The position numbers and the translations under genes are program-made. Under the pieces are notes generated by a model. That model made no database searches, was not told the origin of the DNA, and saw only the letters and a program-made list of their open reading frames with translations. Shown piece by piece: positions 1 through 11,979 of a DNA stretch of 64,000 bases (position 1 is its first letter; every line of letters starts with the position of its first letter). Source of the DNA: Isurus oxyrinchus (taxonomy: Eukaryota); contig JANJGN010000005.1 of NCBI GenBank assembly GCA_026770705.1, positions 159,340,001 to 159,404,000 of the forward strand. The letters run 5' to 3'.

Positions 1-149
1 ACAAGTTCCAGTGACACCGCCAGGGCCGGCACACCATGGCATACGTTGACTTTTTTTTCCCCACACTTTTCTTACCTGAGATTGTGGCCTGAAGGGGAAA
101 GAAATGAGAAAATCTGCAATGGGCTATTCTTATGTATTTCCTGGCTGCT

Positions 150-460
150 AATAGAAATATAGAACATAAGGGCAGGAGTAGGCCATTTGACCCTTCAAGC
201 CTGCTCCGCCATTCATTATGATCATGGCTGATCATCCAACTCAATAGCCTGCTCCTGCTTTCTCCTTATATCCTTTGATCCCTTTCACCCCAAGAGCTAC
301 ATCCAACTCCTTCTTAAAAACATACAATGTTTTGGCCTCGACTATTTTCTGTGGTAGTGAATTCCACAGGCTCACCACTCTCTGGGTGAAGAAATTTCCC
401 CTCATCTCAGTCCTAAATGGTCTACCCTGTATCCTCAGACTGTGACCCCTGGTTCTGGTG
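150..460 (-). mobile_element. CR1 LINE 3' end fragment
   Basis: Translation RTRGHSLRIQGRPFRTEMRGNFFTQRVVSLWNSLP is the typical CR1 ORF2 C-terminus, followed by a 3' UTR. Confidence 0.85.
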
Positions 461-984
461 GTTGAATTGATTATGACCATTAAGCTGGCAACCTGTCTTG
501 CCCCTTAGATGCAGAAGATACATATCATTGGCAGAAGAAGCAATGCTGTTCTCACCCAGGTGAGGGTGCCTGTCATCAGGAAATTTAAAAAGTAGAGAAG
601 AACGAATAGTTTATCTTAAATCAAAGACTTTTGCAGTTTTCATTTCTGTCTGCAATATTTTGCATTGATGCTTTATTGGCAAGTAATTGGAAATAAACTT
701 TCCAGAATAGCCCATTCTCTATCTTCGCCCACCACCTTAAATATCACCTTCTTGGTGTTAGCAACTATACCATGCTAGCAGCATAAAGTGCATTTCGAAT
801 GGTGAACAGAAGTAAGTCATTCCAGTGAGAGGCATGTAACAGCACCATCTGTATTTGTAGTAATGTGTCTAGCTGAGAGCTTGGCTGTATGTGTGATATT
901 TGCTACTGATAATTTCTTCTGAAATGGTTATGATACAAGAAAGCATACTTTAATGAAAAGATTGTGTTTGTGGTATATATAAAC

Positions 985-1930
985 CATTTAGACTTGAATG
1001 TAGGAGGGTTGATCAGTAAGGTCGCGGATGACATGAAAATTGTTGGGTTGGTGAATAGTGAGGAGGATAGCTTAGATTACAGGAGGATATAGATAGGCAG
1101 GTCAGATGGGCTGATCAGTGGCAAATGGAATTTAATCTGGATAAGTGTGAGGTGATGCACAAAGCATGGGAATACACGATGAATGGTCGGACCCTGGAAT
1201 GTACCAAGGATCAGAGGGACCTTGGTGTGCATGTCCACCGGTCCCTTAAGGTAGCAGGACAGGGAGATAAGGTGGTTAAGAAAGCATATGGGATACTTGC
1301 CTTTATTAGCCAAGGCATAGAATCTAACAGCAGGGAGGTTATGCTGGAATTGTATAAAACGCTCTTTAGGTCACAGCTAGAGTATTGTGTGCAGTTCTGG
1401 AATCTGCATTATAGGAAGGATGTGATTGCACTGGAGAGAGTGCAGAGGAGATTTACCAAGATGTTGCCTGGACTGGAGAGTTTTAGTAATGAGAAGAGAT
1501 TGGATAGACTGGGGTTATTTTCCCTGGAGCTGAGGAGATTAGGGTCGGGGGAACATGATTGAGGTATATAAAATTATGAGAGGCATAGATAGGGTAGACA
1601 GGAAGGAACTTTTCCCCTTGGTAGAGGGATCAATAACCAGGGGGCATAGATTTAAAGTAAGGGGCAGGAGGTTTAGAGGGGATGTGAGGAAGAATTTTTT
1701 CACCCAGAGGGTGGTGGGAATCTGGAACTCACTGCCTGAAAGGGTGGGGGAGGCAGAAATCCTCATAACATTTAAGAAGTATTTAGATGTGCACTTGCGA
1801 TGCCATGGCATACAAGGCTATGGGCCTAGTGCTGGAAAATGGGATTAGAATAGTTAGGTACTTGTTTGAACGGCGCAGACTCAATGGGCCAAAGGGCCTT
1901 TTTCCGTGCTGTCGACCTTTGTAACTCTGT
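985..1930 (+). mobile_element. 5'-truncated CR1 LINE (RT C-terminus and 3' UTR)
   Basis: ORFs 1125-1562 and 1555-1848: MEFNLDKCEVMH, LEYCVQFW, TRGHRFK, FFTQRVVGIWNSLP; frameshifted. Confidence 0.9.
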
Positions 1931-2032
1931 TGAAGTTTATGTTTTTCCAGTTTGATGAAGGTTTTAGTGAGCCAGCTGCTTGAACGAATGTTCCTTTTCC
2001 CTTAGTGACTTATGAGTATATTTTCCTTTCAG

Positions 2033-3134
2033 GAAAATCTGCTGAGGCAGGCTGTGACTGGGACCAGTTCCACTGCGATAATGGAAAATGTATCCCTGAT
2101 ATTTGGAAATGCAACACGATGGACGAATGTGGTGACAATTCTGATGAAGAACTATGTGAACGATCAATGCCCCCAACTACCTTTCCATTTCAACCTTGTA
2201 CCTATGATCAGTTCCAGTGTCTCTCAAGATATACTGCAGCTTATACGTGCTTACCTGAAGCCTTGCGTTGTGATGGCAATATTGACTGCCTTGATTTGGA
2301 AGATGAAATAGATTGTGATGCCCCTAGTTGTGGGGACTGGCTGAGAAATTTTTATGGCACGTTCAGTTCTCCAAATTATCCAGCATTTTATCCACCTGGG
2401 AGTAACTGCACATGGCTGATAGATACTGGAGACCGACGGAAAATTATTTTGCGTATCACTGACTTTAAGCTGGATGGCACTGGCTATGGTGATTATGTCA
2501 AAGTGTATGATGGCCTGGAGGAAAATTCACACAAGCTGCTACGTGTCCTGACGTCTTTTGATTCCCGACCACCGATCACTGTCATCTCCTCTTCTGGACA
2601 GGTGCGAGTACATTTTTATGCTGACAGGGTAAATGCAGCCAGAGGTTTTAATGCGACCTACCAAGTTGCAGGGTTTTGCCTTCCATGGGAGATTCCTTGC
2701 GGAGGCAATTGGGGCTGCTATACTGAACAACAGCGCTGTGATGGTTATTGGCATTGCCCAAATGGACGAGATGAGCGCAATTGCAGCTCATGTCAGAAGG
2801 ATGAGTTCCCCTGTTCTCGCAATGGTGTGTGCTACCCTCTGTCTGACCGATGCAACTATCAGAACCATTGTCCAAATGGCTCAGATGAGAAGAACTGTTT
2901 CTTTTGTCAGCCTGGTAACTTTCACTGCAAGAACAACCGTTGTGTATTTGAGAGCTGGGTTTGTGATGCACAGGATGACTGTGGTGATGGTAGTGATGAA
3001 GAGAACTGTCCTGTGATTGTACCCACCAGGGTGATAACTGCAGCAGTCATTGGAAGTTTAATCTGTGGACTATTACTTGTGATTGCACTAGGATGTACCT
3101 GCAAACTGTACTCTCTGAGAATGTTTGAACGCAG
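2033..3134 (+). CDS. LRP12: LRP12 large internal exon (2 LDLa, CUB, 3 LDLa, transmembrane helix)
   Basis: Acceptor ttcctttcAG ending 2032, donor GTaagt at 3135; LDL-A repeats ([20 protein letters not shown]), CUB domain ([15 protein letters not shown]) and [24 protein letters not shown] match LRP12 as I recall it. Confidence 0.95.
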
Positions 3135-3944
3135 GTAAGTGTGGTGTGAAGATGAAATATTAATGTGAAGATGAAATATTGATGGTTTCTGTACAAAATG
3201 AAGTAGAGTCCTTGCATTTCAATTGTCAGATTATTTATTTCAAGTTTATCTCTTGATAATTTGAATAAACCTAGCAGAAGCATTTATTCTTGTATTGGGG
3301 TGAGGGGTAAATATTTTCTTATCTGTTATGTTCTAAACATTTTGGTGGTTTATCAATTTGAAGTTTGGAATAGCTGCTTAAGAAATAGAAGAAGAGAAAA
3401 TGAGGAAGCAACTCAGTAGGACTCCTATAAATCATAATTGTTTAGTAATTTTTTTCTTGGGCTTTATCTTGGAGAAACAATGATGCTTGATGTGTAGGAA
3501 AACGAAGCTTGGAGGCAAGGAGGGGACTTTTTGATTGGATGAGAAATTTAGCAAGAATGTCAGCAGGCTTGCTGGATAAACAATTAATTTCATGCAGAAA
3601 TCTTTGAGCATGCTATTCCCATTATAATACCAGTGTTACAATCCTAATTTTGCAACGTCAGTGTTTATATCAGTTGACAGTGACTCAACACCGCAGCTCG
3701 TAAGTAATGGGAAGAAACTGGTGGAAATAGTAAAACAAATATTGGCTTATGTTGTGCTTTTCCATTTCCTACACGATGCATGGAAGCTAGGTTGCAATCC
3801 TAAAAGATATTGCATTACCCTTGTATCCCCTAACTCATTTCTAAAGCTGACCTACAAGGCCATCCCTTCCTTAAAGTTGAGATATTTCTGGTCTGAAATT
3901 TACTGCTTCAAAATATGTATTCATCATTCTCGAGGATAGATAAT

Positions 3945-4600
3945 TTTTTTTTATTCATTCATGGGATGTGGACTCCGTTGGCCAGCATTTATCGCCAGCC
4001 CCTAGTCACCCTTGAGAAGGTGGTGGTGAACTGCCTTCTTGAACTGCTGTAGTCCATGTTGCGGAGGTATACTCAATGTTTGATGAAGGGAGTTCCAAGA
4101 TTTTGACCTAGTTACAGTGAAGGAACGGCAATATATTTCCAAGTCAGGATGGTGAGTGACTTGGCGGGGATCTACCAGCTGATAGTGTCCCCATTTGTCT
4201 GCTGCCCTTGTCCTTCTAGATGGTAGTGGTCGTGAGTTTGGAAGGTGCTGCCTAAGGAACCTTGGTGAATTCTTGCAGTGCATTTTGTAGATGGTACACA
4301 CTGCAGCTACTGTGCGTGGGTGGTGGAGGAAGTGAATGTTTGTGGATGTGGTGCCAATCAAGTGGGCTGCTTTATTTGGACAATGTCAAGCGTCTTGAGT
4401 GTTGTGGGAGCTGCACTCATCCAGGCTAGTGGAGAGTATTCCATCACACTCTTGACTTGTGCCTAGTAAATAGGCTTTGGGGAGTCAGTGAGTTAGTCAT
4501 CGCAGGAGTCCTAGCCTCTGACCTGCTTTTGTAGCCACAGTGTTTCTATGGCTAGTCCAATTCAATTTCTGGTCAATGCTAACCCCTAGGATGGTAACTC
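3945..4600 (-). mobile_element. CR1-group LINE 3' fragment (second family)
   Basis: ORF remnants ILGVSIDQKLNWTSH, VAAVCTIYKMHC, SKSWNSL, FKKAVHHHLLKG; T-rich tail at the left end. Confidence 0.8.
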
Positions 4601-6508
4601 CCAAGCTGGCCATAGCACTTGTGTCTGCAAATGGCATTGATAAATAAGAGTTGTGTCCATAGCTATATTTGTATAGCAAGCCAATAATGTATAGCTTTTT
4701 GTTTCCATTTTTAATATTCCCAAAGTATAAGATTACTGCAGATTTCATTTTCACACCCAGTATTAGGATGATTTAATCTGTGTCCAGATACAACATAATC
4801 CAGCGGCAGGACAAATCTCTCTCTTTTCTATGCCTGATAATAAATCTTAATCCCAACCTTAGAGCAAGAACGACTATTGTGCTCAGGATGGTTACTCTTG
4901 GACTCTCTCAATTAAGATTGTTTATTTGTATGGATTATGGGAGGTGGGTGTTATCTATTATTTTAGGAGTTTGGAATGGAGTACCAGTATGTTTATAATA
5001 AAGAGGGAGGTGGATGCCTGTGCTTAATAAAGTGAGAGCTCCTTAACCCAGGACGTGTAAAGGCCGGTTGAGTCTCTATATCATTTGGCTGTTGGTGAAA
5101 TTGCAACTTTGTTCAGGTAATTTGGAGGTCAGTTTTTGAGGATGATTATAATCCACGCACCTTGGAATTTGCAATATTTAACAAGTAGAATTATTACAAG
5201 CACTCCCCTTAGTCTCAATCTGAATGTGGAGTGTCAAGGTGACTGTGTGTGTTGTACAGGGTAATTTACTGTATTGATCTTGATTGTGAATAGTAATTTG
5301 GAATACCTGGTGATGCTTGTACAGTAGAAATTTCTAACAAGTAATTATCAAGTGTTCATCACTTCTGATTATTAGCTGGCTAAATACACTGTCTACTGTA
5401 TGATAAATCATGCAACTTGCATATTAATACTTGTGTGAAAGTGTGCTACCATGTCAAAGTCTCCAAGAACTTGACGCAATGATGTGCACTGGCTTGTGTC
5501 TTATTTTGCAACAGAGCAATATGGGCAGAAAAGGCTGTGAATGATGCAGATGTTGATTATTAAAGCTAGAAAATAACTATTTTATAAGAGATAAATGGGC
5601 ATTAAATCAATAGGCACAGCGCCATTGACAGTCTTGAGACTAATTACATAGAATATGGATGCATATTGTTATTAGGAATGTCTAGATCAAAAATATGAAT
5701 GGAAATACTTGAAGCAATACAATAAGGTCTCAACCAAACCACTTAATTCCTGTAATTAAGTCTACACTTCTAAAGGTGGTTCACAAAATTTCACACAAGG
5801 TGTTATAAGCGTGTAAGTACCTTCTTTGAAGCAAGGTCATATCTTCAAAGTAAATGTGGATGATATGTTTTATGAAAGCAATTGCTTAATTTCTAGTTGC
5901 TTCATTTCTTTGAACATGGCGAAAGCTGAAAACCCAGTGGTGAAAGTTGAAGATATTGGGACAACTTGTGTCTAAAATTCATGTTTTTTTATTTGTTCAT
6001 GGGAGATGTGCGTCGCTGGCAAGACCAGCATAGCCCATCTTTAATGGCCCTTGGTGTGTGATTTGGGGGAGAGAGGAGCTTGCAATTTATGCTGTTCCCA
6101 CGCATCTGCTGCCCTTGTCCTTCCACATGAAGCAAGTTGTGTGTTTGGAAGGTGCAGCTGAAGGAACCTTCACGAGTTGCTGCAATGCATCTCATAGATG
6201 GTAAACACTGCTGCCACTGTGTTCAAGTGATGGAGGGAATGAATGTTTAAGGTGGTGGATGGGCTACTAATCCAGTGGGCTGCCTTGACCTTTTTTTGTC
6301 GAGCTTCTTTAGTATTACTGAAACTGGGCTCGTCTTCCTGACTTGTGCCTTGTAGATGGTGGACAGGCTTTGGGGATTCAGGAGGTGAGTTAATTGCTAC
6401 AGAGTTCCCAGCTTCTCAAAGATAAAACGAAAAAACTGCGGATGCTGGAAATCCAAAACAAAAACAGAATTACCTGGAAAAACTCAGCAGGTCGGCGGAG
6501 AAGAAAAG

Positions 6509-6547
6509 AGTTGACGTTTCGAGTCCTCATGACCCTTCGACAGAACT
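6509..6547 (-). ncRNA. minimal hammerhead ribozyme-like motif (variant core CUGUCGA)
   Basis: Reverse complement reads agtt CTGTCGA a gggtc atgag gactc GAAAC GTC aact. Confidence 0.6.
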
Positions 6548-6951
6548 TGAGTTCGAGTCCAAGAAAAAGTTGAAATATAAGCTGGTTTAAGGTGTGTGTG
6601 TGGTGGGCGGAGAGATAGAGAGAGAGAGAGAGGTTGGGGGGGGGTTGGGGGGTGGTTGTATGGACAAACAAGCAGTGATAGAAGCAGATCATCAAAAGAT
6701 GTCAACAACAATGGTACAATAGAACACATAGGTGTTAAAGTTAAAGTTGGTGATATTATCTAAACGAATGTGCTAATTAAGAATGGATGGTAGGGCACTC
6801 AAGGTATAGCTCTAATGGGGGTGGGGGGAGCATAAAAGATTTTAAAATATTTAAAAATAATGGAAATAGGTGGGAAAAGAAAAATCTATATAATTTATTG
6901 GAAAAAAAAGAAAGGGGGAAACAGAAATGGGTTGGGGATGGGGGAGGGAGC

Positions 6952-8380
6952 TCACGACCTAAAGTTGTTGAATTCAATATTCAGTCCGGAAGGCTGTAAG
7001 GTGCCTAGTCGGAAGATGAGGTGTTGTTCCTCCAGTTTGCGTTGGGCTTCACTGGAACAATGCAGCAAGCCAAGGACAGACATGTGGGCAAGAGAGCAGG
7101 GTGGAGTGTTAAAATGACAAGCGACAGGGAGGTTTGGGTCATTCTTGCAGACAGACCGCAGGTGTTCTGCAAAGCGGTCGCCCAGTTTACGTTTGGTCTC
7201 TCCAATGTAGAGGAGACCACATTGGGAGCAACGAATGCAGTAGACTAAGTTGGGGGAAATGCAAGTGAAATGCTGCTTCACTTGAAAGGAGTGTTTGGGC
7301 CCTTGGACGGTGAGGAGAGAGGAAGTGAAGGGGCAGGTGTTATATCTTTTGCATGGGCATGGGGTGGTGCCATAGGAGGGGGTTGAGGAGTAGGGGGTGA
7401 TGGAGGAGTGGACCAGGGTGTCCCGGAGGGAGTGATCCCTACGGAATGCCGATAAGGGGGGTGAAGGGAAGATGTGTTTGGTGGTGGCATCATGCTGGAG
7501 TTGGCGGAAATGGCGGAGGATGATCCTTTGAATGCGGAGGCTGGTGGGGTGATAAGTGAGGACAAGGGGGACCCTATCATGTTTCTGGGAGGGAGGAGAA
7601 GGCGTGAGGGCGGATGCGCGGGAGATGGGCCGGACACGGTTGAGGGCCCTGTCAACGACCGTGGGTGGAAAACCTCGGTTAAGGAAGAAGGAGGACATGT
7701 CAGAGGAACCGTTTTTGAAGGTAGCATCATCGGAACAGATGCGACGAAGGCGAAGGAACTGGGAGAATGGGATGGAGTCCTTACAGGAAGCGGGGTGTGA
7801 GGAGCTGTAGTCGAGGTAGCTGTGGGAGTCGGTGGGTTTGTAATGGATATTGGTGGACAGTCTATCACCAGAGATTGAGACAGCGAGGTCAAGGAAGGGA
7901 AGTGTCAGAGATGGACCACGTGAAAATGATGGAGGGGTGGAGATTGGAAGCAAAATTAATAAATTTTTCCAAGTCCCGACGAGAGCATGAAGCGGCACCG
8001 AAGTAATCATCGATGTACCGGAGAAAAAGTTGTGGACGGGGGCCGGAGTAGGACTGCAACAAGGAATGTTCCGCATACCCCATAAAGAGACAAGCATAGC
8101 TGGGGCCCATGCGGGTACCCATAGCCACACCTTTTATTTGGAGAAAGTGAGAGGAGTTGAAGGAGAAATTGTTCAGCGTGAGAACAAGTTCAGCCAGACG
8201 GAGGAGAGTAGTAGTGGATGGGGATTGTTCGGGCCTCTGTTCGAGGAAGAAGCTAAGGGCCCTCAGACCATCCTGGTGGGGGATGGAGGTGTAGAGGGAT
8301 TGGAAGTCCATGGTGAAGAGGAAGCGGTTGGGGCCAGGGAACTGGAAATTGTTGATGTGACGTAAGGTGTCAGAGGAATC
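6952..8380 (-). pseudogene. Penelope RT (C-terminal half) plus GIY-YIG endonuclease, 5'-truncated, one frameshift near 7890
   Basis: LFTMDFQSLYTSIP, GVAMGTRMGPSYA, FLRYIDD, FLDL, NLVYCIRCSQCGLLYIGETKR, GLN motif. Confidence 0.92.
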
Positions 8381-9011
8381 TTGCGGTCTGTCCGCAAGAA
8401 TGACCCAAACCTCCCTGTCGCTTGCCATTTTAACACTCCACCCTGCTCTCTTGCCCACATGTCTGTCCTTGGCTTGCTGCATTGTTCCAGTGAAGCCCAA
8501 CGCAAACTGGAGGAACAACACCTCATCTTCCGACTAGGCACCTTACAGCCTTCCGGACTGAATATTGAATTCAACAACTTTAGGTCGTGAGCTCCCTCCC
8601 CCATCCCCACCCCATTTCTGTTTCCCCCTTTCTTTTTTTTCCAATAAATTATATAGATTTTTCTTTTCCCACCTATTTCCATTATTTTTAAATATTTTAA
8701 AATCTTTTATGCTCTCCCCACCCCCTTTAGAGCTATACCTTGAGTGCCCTACCATCCATTCTTAATTCGCACATTCGTTTAGATAATATCACCAACTTTA
8801 ACTTTAACACCTATGTGTTCTATTGTACCATTGTCGTTGACATCTTTTGATGATCTGCTTCTATCACTGCTTGTTTGTCCATACAACCACCCCCCCCCCA
8901 ACCCCCCACCACCCCCACCCCCCCCAACCTCTCTCTCTCTCTATCTCTCCGCCCAGCACACACACACCTTAAACCAGCTTATATTTCAACTTTTTCTTGG
9001 ACTCGAACTCA

Positions 9012-9050
9012 AGTTCTGTCAAAGGGTCATGAGGACTCGAAACGTCAACT
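9012..9050 (+). ncRNA. minimal hammerhead ribozyme-like motif (degenerate core CUGUCAA)
   Basis: agtt CTGTCAA a gggtc atgag gactc GAAAC GTC aact. Confidence 0.55.
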
Positions 9051-9317
9051 CTTTTCTTCTCCGCCGATGCTGCCAGACCTGCTGAGTTTTTCCAGGTAAT
9101 TCTGTTTTTGTCCCAGCTTCTCAATGCTGTTGTTACCACAGTATTTATCTGGCTGATACAGTTAAGTTTCTGGTCAATGGTAACCCCCCAAGATGTTGAT
9201 TGTGGAGGGATTCAGTGATGTCAGTTCACCAAAACTTGGGGTTAATGGTTAGATTTGCTGTTTTTTTTTAAATCGTATTATTTATATTGATATATAACCA
9301 GTTGATTGGTAGTAAGA

Positions 9318-9497
9318 ATATTTCTGAAAAGAGAGACATGTTGCTGATGTTTTTCATCTTGCTCTCATCAGGACAAATGCAAGAATGCCAAATTTCAAAC
9401 GATCACAACAATTTATAATACAGGAGAAAAGAGTGCTGATTGTTTGGCATGTCAACCATTGACTTGCTTTGGCAACATGTCTGTCTTTTCAGCAATA
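9318..9497. mobile_element. short inverted-terminus element with degenerate hammerhead core (second Penelope-related family)
   Basis: Imperfect inverted ends tatttctgaaaagagagacatgttgc / gcaacatgtctgtcttttcagcaata; - strand gtcCTGATGAgagcaagatGAAA. Confidence 0.5.
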
Positions 9498-10445
9498 TTA
9501 ATAAATAAATAAATTTCAAAGAGTTGGCACAGGAAAGATGAGCCAAATGGCCCTCTTCTGTGCTGTATGATTCTTTGTTTTTTTAAGGTTGGAGGATAAT
9601 TTTGGGATCTTGCGCTTGCAGGGAATGGTGGCCATTGTTCTCACACATCTACCTGGGCTATCTTAAGCAGTGACATTCTCACTGGGTATGTGACTTAATT
9701 CCAGAGGTTGCCACAGGACTATAGATTTTTTTCCCCCATGTTTTTCCCATCCCTCTTTCTTGTTAAAGCATGGATCTTAACGTAGTTTGCCAATGACAAG
9801 ACCTTGAGAGGTCTCCTACTTGACATAAAATAGCAAAATTTGTGTGAAGTAGTATGTGGGAGGAAATCTGTTTGCACTTGTGAATTTTTAAAAGTAATCA
9901 TTCAGCCCTGCCTATGCTTCACATTTAAGATATGCCACTCCCACTACTTCTCTTGCCACTGTCCACCTGAATGCTCCTCACTTGACACTGCATTTGTAAT
10001 CAAACTGTGAGCAGGAAGGAGAGCTTTGTGTTTGTTAACTTGAAAGATCTCTACAGAAGAAATCCATCAATAAACAAATTATTAAGTCTTCTGGTGATCA
10101 TTGTTTTAAAATACTTTGCAGATTTGTGCAGGTATTTTTGAAGAAAAAGTAGTTGGTCATGTACAAATTGTGTAAACTTTGTGGTGCTCTTGAGAGTGAC
10201 AGATGGTAATTTTGCATACAAATTGTTGTGGTAGTGTTGAAGAATCTATACCATATGTCATGTTCCTAAAGCAACAATGCAATACACTCAGAACTGAGCA
10301 GCGCTGTTGTATTAGCAGTTTTATTCTTCAGAGGAAAATAGTTCTCCGGTTTAGCTTTATGTATTTGAATTAAATATATCTAAACCATTAACTTGTCCCA
10401 TTTGACCTGCATAAAAGGTCATGGATAAATATCAATAACTGTTAC

Positions 10446-10541
10446 AATAAAAACAAAGTGCTGGAAATATTCAGCAGGTCTGGCAGCATCTGTGGAAAGA
10501 GAAACATAGTTAATGTTTCAAGTCAAATATAACTTTTCTTA
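10446..10541 (-). mobile_element. solo Penelope 3' terminus
   Basis: gctggaaatattcagcaggtctggcagcatctgtggaaagagaaac is shared with the other Penelope ends; 12-bp TSD aataactg(t/c)tac at 10434-10445 and 10542-10553. Confidence 0.75.
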
Positions 10542-10606
10542 AATAACTGCTACTGAGTTTGTGTCAGTATCAGGAGATCTCAGTTGTTTTCATCCTTGTT
10601 TATAAG

Positions 10607-10739
10607 GTCTTTTGAAACCCATCTGTCAAGAGTTGAAGCTGAACTGCTGCGAAGAGAGGCTCCTCCATCCTATGGCCAGTTAATTGCGCAAGGCTTGATT
10701 CCCCCAGTAGAAGATTTCCCTGTTTGCTCATCAAATCAG
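10607..10739 (+). CDS. LRP12: LRP12 penultimate coding exon (juxtamembrane cytoplasmic)
   Basis: AG at 10605-10606, GT at 10740; 133 bp, phase-compatible with both neighbours; encodes SFETHLSRVEAELLRREAPPSYGQLIAQGLIPPVEDFPVCSSNQ; too short for the ORF track. Confidence 0.95.
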
Positions 10740-11979
10740 GTAATGGCTTATCATTTTTGATTTACCTTGTATTTGACACATTCCTTCTACAAGCTGTATT
10801 GTTTCAATTTTTTTTAGTACAAGATTCTGAGGTTGCAAATGCCTTCTTCAATATAATTCTAATCAAATGAACCATGACCTTGCTGTAAACCAGTGAGAAG
10901 TCTATTTGAGTACAAAACCATTATGATAATCAGCTGTGTAATTGAACAAAACCTGAATTACTGTGTCATCTTTTTTTTTTGGAAGCATATTTACCCAACC
11001 GTTGGGTATTCAGTTACAGTTTGTTTTCATGAGCTTTTTTCTGCTTGTTGATCTGTGGTTTTGCATATCTGCTGTCAAGACCAAATGTAAACATTAGGTC
11101 AAACAGGATTAGGGTGATAATTGAACTAAGGGAGAGAGGCTGAGAGAGCAGGCAGATAATGGTCATTACTCAGTGACTGGATGATTCTGCCAACATACTC
11201 GCTAGCAGAGAGTGGGATGCCACCAGCATGGTGAAGGAGGGTGTCATTGGCATACTGAGATCATTCTGTGAGTGGCACAACCCTGATGGTATAGAAGGAG
11301 GGGTTGACTGAGGGTGAAGTTAATGTACTAAATGCACAAGTTGGGGAACAATGTTGTTTGAGGGCACACCAATTTTCATCAAAATAAACCTGAGACATGG
11401 AGAACAAAACCATTGGCTTTGGTGTTTGCAGAAACACATCTGAGTTAACTAATGTTACATGCCCAATGTATGACTTTATTATTGCGCAGCTACTGGAAGT
11501 ACAAATAGGCATGTTTATAATAGGAGAAATAAAGGGGAGGAGGCCAACAAGGTATTTTTAAAAAGAAAATTTGGAATAGAATGCTGCAACCCAGTTGTAA
11601 TTTTATTGTAATTCTAGTCAATCCCCTGTGGCTTTTGAGCAACAAGGCATCCAGATCACGTACATAAGGCAGGCAGGGTCCAACGGTGGAGGGGAAACTC
11701 AAAACCAGAAAAAGGCAAGGGAAAAGGAGAGAGATAGGAGGGGGAAATAGAATGTTTCCATAACTCCCATCCACAATAAAAGGAGATGAGAGAGAAGGAT
11801 GGGGTGGGGAGGAGGAGGATGATTGGGGAACATGGACAGCAAGGGAGAGAGCAAATGAGGAGGGGTAGAGAGGTTTAGGTGGTTAGTATTCCGAAGGTGG
11901 TGTGAGGCAACAGTTTCCTGGGCCTGTGTTGATGCTCTGCTGAGAAAGTGTCAGTGCTCCTGGGATAGTCTCACTACTC

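Larger units (their letters stand above)
6420..9110. mobile_element. Penelope-like element A, inverted fold-back (long - arm 6420-8380, short + arm 8381-9110)
   Basis: 14-bp TSD tcccagcttctcaa at 6406-6419 and 9111-9124; the + arm is the near-identical reverse complement of ~6460-7160. Confidence 0.93.
5985..9260 (-). mobile_element. CR1-group LINE 3' fragment, same family as 3945-4600, interrupted by a Penelope insertion (pieces 5985-6419 and 9125-9260)
   Basis: Colinear with 3945-4600 on both sides of the insertion (tttggggattcaggaggtgagtta then ccacagtattt...ttctggtcaatggtaacccc). Confidence 0.75.

Noticed and set aside
2005-2032. ORF-track start MTYEYIFLS as the LRP12 N-terminus
   Set aside because: Intronic read-through upstream of the acceptor at 2032; earlier exons are not seen in the window
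3145-3180. 17-bp direct repeat tgtgaagatgaaatatt just after the splice donor
   Set aside because: Simple local tandem duplication with no evidence of function
6593-6660. GT/GA repeats and G-runs as an independent G-quadruplex element
   Set aside because: Part of the Penelope 3' region and mirrored at 8885-8970
7889-8682. ORFs spanning 8381 as a chimeric protein
   Set aside because: Read-through of an antisense frame across the inversion junction
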